64,000 bases of DNA from sequence record OR896820.1; one strand, 5' to 3'. Of this stretch, positions 60,333 to 64,000 are shown piece after piece. Positions within the stretch are counted from its first letter, which is position 1; each line of letters starts with the position of its first letter. This DNA comes from Escherchia phage Stokescottia. The position numbers and the translations under genes are program-made. The notes below the pieces were generated by a model, which saw only the letters and a program-made list of their open reading frames with translations, had not been told where the DNA came from and did no database searches.

Positions 60333-60848
60333 ATGGCTAAGCAGAAAAACGCAAAAACTCAAGCAGCTCCGGCAGTTAAAACTTTCCCGCAGACCGAGGC
60401 TAATCGCAAAGATCGCCTGGAACGTCACCTGCGTAAGCATCCTACCGATACCCAGGCTGCGCAAGCACTGAATAATCCGGCTCCGATTCGTCAGAAGCCT
60501 AAAGCTAAAAATGCCACCCGTAAATCCTACAAAATGGTTATGTATGTAGAAAATTACGGCCACAAATCTGTCCCAGTTTCCCTGAGCTTTAACGCTGGGG
60601 CTGAATTGTTCTCTCGTAATGGTATGTCTATGAAAGACTATGAGAAGGCAGTTAACCAGAAGCGTAAACCAACAGCAGATGTATTGCGTGATACTCGTGG
60701 ACAGTTTGGTTCTGTTAAGCCAAATATCTTTGGCGTAGAGTATAGTAAAGATAATGTTCGTGCTCTGTGTTACGGTGTAGGCATTAAGTTCACGGGTGAT
60801 TCTGCTCGTAAATCTGCTAAACCAGCTCGTAAGCGTAAAGCGAAGTAA
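60333..60848 (+). CDS. Hypothetical basic protein, probably abundant
   Basis: 171 aa, Lys/Arg-rich termini, high-expression codon bias, own promoter. Confidence 0.35.
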   Translation: MAKQKNAKTQAAPAVKTFPQTEANRKDRLERHLRKHPTDTQAAQALNNPAPIRQKPKAKNATRKSYKMVMYVENYGHKSVPVSLSFNAGAELFSRNGMSMKDYEKAVNQKRKPTADVLRDTRGQFGSVKPNIFGVEYSKDNVRALCYGVGIKFTGDSARKSAKPARKRKAK

Positions 60849-60912
60849 TAGATAAATAGGGGCGAAAGCCCCTACAATCGATTAATTCTCTAACTAATCA
60901 AGGATATTTTTT

Positions 60913-61128
60913 ATGTTCTCTAAGAAACCACGTTCTGTTACTGAAATTGTTGCTTCCTTTACCACTATCACTGATGAACTTCAAGCTCGTATTGAGGCTG
61001 ATCAAAAAATCGCAGCTGATATTCAGAAACAGCAGGAAGAACTCGCTTTAAAGTTGGCTGAAACTAACAAGAGTGAAAAATCTGCCCAAACTATTATGGA
61101 AAATATCCTTAAACTGCTGGGCAAGTGA
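60913..61128 (+). CDS. Hypothetical coiled-coil protein
   Basis: 71-aa ORF. Confidence 0.3.
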   Translation: MFSKKPRSVTEIVASFTTITDELQARIEADQKIAADIQKQQEELALKLAETNKSEKSAQTIMENILKLLGK

Positions 61129-61169
61129 TTTAAATCAGGGGGCAAAAGCCCCTCTTATTTGGAGAAACT

Positions 61170-61391
61170 ATGCGTAATTTTGTAGCAAAGAATGATTTTA
61201 ACCGTGCTAGCACCCATAAGTCAGCTAGGGATTATACACGACTTTCTAGTCATGAGGTAATGGATTTAGCAGTGGATGAGTTAGACTTAGATGACCCCTA
61301 TATGGAAGAGAACTGGGATGTCAGTGAGGATATGCTTCCTGGTTTTAAAGACCCCAAGAAGTGGGAGTCTATTAAAGAGACAGCTCTTTAA
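61170..61391 (+). CDS. Hypothetical acidic protein
   Basis: 73-aa ORF. Confidence 0.3.
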   Translation: MRNFVAKNDFNRASTHKSARDYTRLSSHEVMDLAVDELDLDDPYMEENWDVSEDMLPGFKDPKKWESIKETAL

Positions 61392-61419
61392 TAGTTTTCT
61401 ACACAATAAAGGATAAGTT

Positions 61420-62121
61420 ATGAAAGTAAAACCATTTGGTATGCTAGATATTGAATCTCTAGGAACTCCAGGAGATTGTGGTACTACTCATATCGCAATG
61501 CCTTCTTTCGCTTTTGTGGCTATGCATGGAATTGATAAAGACCCTGATCTAGTATTTGTTACTTTGGATGTGCAAGATCAACTTAATTCTGGTGCCAAAG
61601 TCACAGCATCTACTCTAGCATTCTGGATGGATCAAGCTAAAAATAGTCCGTCTGCTATCCACATTATGGAAGCTATGAAGGAACGTAATCCAAAACTGAT
61701 TGCCTTCCAAAATGGTAAACATCATTGCACTAATAAATTAGGCTCAAACTATGCTGCCTTCTCTATGGCTCAAAATATTATGGAGTTGGCTCTAGGCGAA
61801 AATGCTTTGTATTATGGCAATGGCCCAGAGTTTGATATGACTATCTACTCTGCAAATACGTTCCATGCTGGAACCAATGAAGAGGTAGTTCCGTGGAAAT
61901 TCTGGAATTTGGGCAATGTTCGATCTCTTCGTAATCTCTGGATGCAAGCTGGATACAGTTATAAAGCTCTAGAGACCGAAGGTATTAGCTGGGCAATAGC
62001 TAAAATGGAGAAGATGGACACTATTCGTTATGGGATCTATCCAGTTAAGCACGACCCAGCATTCGATGCCTTAGTTGAGAGCTATTGTGTTGCAGCTATG
62101 ATCGAAAAAATGAAAATTTGA
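61420..62121 (+). CDS. Putative DEDDh-type 3'-5' exonuclease
   Basis: 233 aa; candidate Exo I 'LDIESLG', Exo II 'PEFDM', Exo III 'HDPAFDAL'. Confidence 0.45.
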   Translation: MKVKPFGMLDIESLGTPGDCGTTHIAMPSFAFVAMHGIDKDPDLVFVTLDVQDQLNSGAKVTASTLAFWMDQAKNSPSAIHIMEAMKERNPKLIAFQNGKHHCTNKLGSNYAAFSMAQNIMELALGENALYYGNGPEFDMTIYSANTFHAGTNEEVVPWKFWNLGNVRSLRNLWMQAGYSYKALETEGISWAIAKMEKMDTIRYGIYPVKHDPAFDALVESYCVAAMIEKMKI

Positions 62122-62122
62122 T

Positions 62123-62151
62123 TTGCTTCCGGCTCCAAAATTCTGTATAAT
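62123..62151 (+). promoter_or_regulatory. Promoter (TTGCTT-N17-TATAAT)
   Basis: Hexamers with 17-nt spacing upstream of gene 62192-62374. Confidence 0.6.
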
Positions 62152-62191
62152 ATATTCATAAATTTGAGAAAACAATAAAAGGAAAACAAAT

Positions 62192-62374
62192 ATGCCAGTA
62201 TCTAAAAATGTTCGTAAAAATGGTAAGAAAGCTACTCGTGATCTGGGTATCCGTCGTATGGCTGAACGTCAATCAGGTATCCAGAAAATCTTTAATCTAC
62301 TAAATCGTGCTAATCCTAAAATTGATAACAGTAACGATACTGTTCTGCGCACTCTGCTGGCAATTGGTCTGTAA
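62192..62374 (+). CDS. Hypothetical small basic protein
   Basis: 60-aa ORF behind a TTGCTT-N17-TATAAT promoter. Confidence 0.25.
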   Translation: MPVSKNVRKNGKKATRDLGIRRMAERQSGIQKIFNLLNRANPKIDNSNDTVLRTLLAIGL

Positions 62375-62427
62375 TAGACCAAATTTAAACAAATTCAAAT
62401 CTCAAACTTCGTATAAGGAAGCAAATA

Positions 62428-63066
62428 ATGACTACTCGTATTTCTAAAACTCGCGCTCTGGCAACTATCAAATCTCTGGAAGCTAAAATCCGTAAAGCTA
62501 CTGAACAGCAGCTTCTGATTGCTGTTGGTGAAGGTAAGGATAAAAACCAGGTTGTAGTTGGCGCTGCAATCGAAGTAGCTGATCTGTCTACCCGTATTAA
62601 GACTGATTTCCAATCTCTGCTGGATATGATGTCTCAGCGTGATCGTATCAAATCTGCTCTGATTAAGAGCAATGCAGAAACAATCGTTGAGATCGGTTCT
62701 CGTAAAATGACTGTTGCGGAAGCAATTGAAGCTAAGCGCTCTATGGAGCTTAAAGCTCAACTGCTGGCTAACATGCGTAAGCAGTTCCATGCCGCTACGG
62801 TTAAATTTAATACGCAGAAAGCACAATTTGATGCTAAATATGAGCGTTTACAGGATAGTATGGCTACTCGCGATAAGAAAACTTCCGAAGATGAAGTTAA
62901 AATGCAGCTCAACCTGCTGGAACTCAAGAATACTCCATTCTTGATTGACCCGCTGGAACTGGAAAAGCTGATTAAGCAGCATGACGAGGAATATCAGGAC
63001 TTTGCAACAAATGTTGACTTTGTTCTGTCCGAGTCTAACGCCTCTACCTTCATTGAAGTAGAGTAA
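62428..63066 (+). CDS. Hypothetical coiled-coil protein, probably abundant
   Basis: 212 aa with high-expression codon bias. Confidence 0.35.
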   Translation: MTTRISKTRALATIKSLEAKIRKATEQQLLIAVGEGKDKNQVVVGAAIEVADLSTRIKTDFQSLLDMMSQRDRIKSALIKSNAETIVEIGSRKMTVAEAIEAKRSMELKAQLLANMRKQFHAATVKFNTQKAQFDAKYERLQDSMATRDKKTSEDEVKMQLNLLELKNTPFLIDPLELEKLIKQHDEEYQDFATNVDFVLSESNASTFIEVE

Positions 63067-63449
63067 TAATTTAAAAGCTAGTAAATCGGTAGACGAAAGC
63101 CCAAGCATCTTACCTCGCAGCAGCGGTTGAAATACGAGGTTAAATAAGACCGCTGACCATACTATAAAGTATAATCTATTGGAGATTATGTTTATTACAC
63201 CAGCCTTTTAAGCTGACACGTAAGAACAAAGCGTCGTTGATATTACCGACACAACTTCAAAGATCAACATTTAAGTATGAAAGCTGAAAAGTTTAAAGAA
63301 CTCAAACTTCTAAACTTCTAAAGCTAAAAGATGCAAAGTATTCGTTGATGATTCAAACCCTAGATCAAAGGTACATGGCTCATAAGATATGGCCTGTGGC
63401 GCCTCTAGGCTGTTTATCGGTTTACTAGTTTCACAATTTAAAAATGTAT

Positions 63450-63478
63450 TTGCTAATTTACTAAGTTATCTGTATAAT
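63450..63478 (+). promoter_or_regulatory. Promoter (TTGCTA-N17-TATAAT)
   Basis: Hexamers with 17-nt spacing upstream of the receiver-like gene. Confidence 0.6.
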
Positions 63479-63508
63479 ATATTTTTAAATTGATGAAACG
63501 AGGCTATT

Positions 63509-63826
63509 ATGACTTTTCATATTTTGATTGATGATGTGCGTAATCTTCACGGAATGGACATTATCATTCGAACCCCAGAAGCCGCTGTAGAGTTTCTGAA
63601 TAAAACTGATACCACAGGCCATTTCGTTTATATGGATAATGACTTGGCTGTAGATGGTATGGAGGGTTATCAAATTCTTCGTTTACTCTTAGAATTTGGG
63701 CAGAGACCAAAGAAAGTGGTACTAGTAACCTCGAACCCAGTAGCTAAGCAAAATATGCGTAATGATTTGCTTGACTTAGGGTATAAAGAAAATCCCAATC
63801 GTGTTGAATATGATTGGCAGGAGTAA
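63509..63826 (+). CDS. Standalone CheY-like receiver-domain protein
   Basis: 105 aa; 'ILIDD', 'VYMDNDLAVDGMEGYQIL', 'VVLVTS' resemble the receiver fold. Confidence 0.4.
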   Translation: MTFHILIDDVRNLHGMDIIIRTPEAAVEFLNKTDTTGHFVYMDNDLAVDGMEGYQILRLLLEFGQRPKKVVLVTSNPVAKQNMRNDLLDLGYKENPNRVEYDWQE

Positions 63827-63831
63827 AAAGA

Positions 63832-64000
63832 ATGAAGGCAGCTTTGCTTTTAGTAGCTGCCCTTACCTTCAGCTTTAGTAGTCAGGCATCGCACGATGCA
63901 AGAGAAATAGATTGCATTGCTAAAAATATCTATTTCGAAAGTCGTGGTGAGGGCATAAAGGGAATGACGGCGATTGCACATGTTACTAAAAACCGTGTAA
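63832..64000 (+). CDS. Secreted cell-wall hydrolase-like protein (SleB/CwlJ-type), 3'-truncated at the window edge
   Basis: Signal peptide 'MKAALLLVAALTFSFSSQA' then 'NIYFESRGEG...AIAHVTKNRV'; AGGAG RBS; not in the ORF track because it is truncated. Confidence 0.4.
   Translation, partial: MKAALLLVAALTFSFSSQASHDAREIDCIAKNIYFESRGEGIKGMTAIAHVTKNRV

Noticed and set aside
60856-61160. GGGGC-loop-GCCCC hairpins after genes 60333-60848 and 60913-61128 as terminators
   Set aside because: Stable stems but no proper downstream T-run; more likely RNA-stability or weak attenuating hairpins, so not listed as terminators
1-64000. Prophage or mobile element boundaries, integrase, transposase, CRISPR array
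   Set aside because: No integrase or transposase motifs and no regularly spaced repeats; the only mobile-type genes are HNH endonucleases, and the gene content is that of a lytic phage

Overview
The window reads as a contiguous piece of a T5-like virulent siphophage genome (Demerecviridae / Tequintavirus-like), in reverse-complement orientation relative to the usual T5 map. No tools were run: every call rests on motifs read from the translations, on gene order and lengths recalled for T5, and on promoter and terminator strings visible in the DNA. Three modules are present. (1) 1-24795, plus strand: late morphogenesis genes from the large terminase through portal, decoration protein, prohead protease, major capsid, tail tube, tape measure, Dit, baseplate hub and pb4 to a two-gene (LtfA/LtfB-like) L-shaped tail fibre. 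(2) 24855-51806, minus strand: replication, recombination and early genes (dUTPase, flap endonuclease, SbcCD-like D12/D13, DExH helicase, family A DNA polymerase, primase, DnaB-like helicase, split NAD-dependent ligase, PC4-like protein, a large P-loop ATPase, an HNH endonuclease, a Sir2/HAD operon and NrdD). (3) 52150-64000, plus strand: nucleotide-metabolism and accessory early genes (PhoH, NrdA, NrdB, DHFR, thymidylate synthase, RNase H, a NADAR protein, a DEDDh-like exonuclease, a receiver-like protein and a truncated secreted hydrolase), each small gene behind its own TTGCTa-N17-TATAAT promoter. No tRNA, CRISPR array, integrase or transposase was recognised. Most of the window is conserved T5 core. 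The best candidates for an undescribed system are the tightly packed Sir2-like/HAD/tandem-paralog operon (47099-49832) and the NADAR gene pair (59527-60257); both are hypotheses, not demonstrated functions. Other points worth a second look are a candidate +1 frameshift in the tail assembly chaperone pair, the two-gene tail fibre with an intervening ORF, and two long non-coding gaps.
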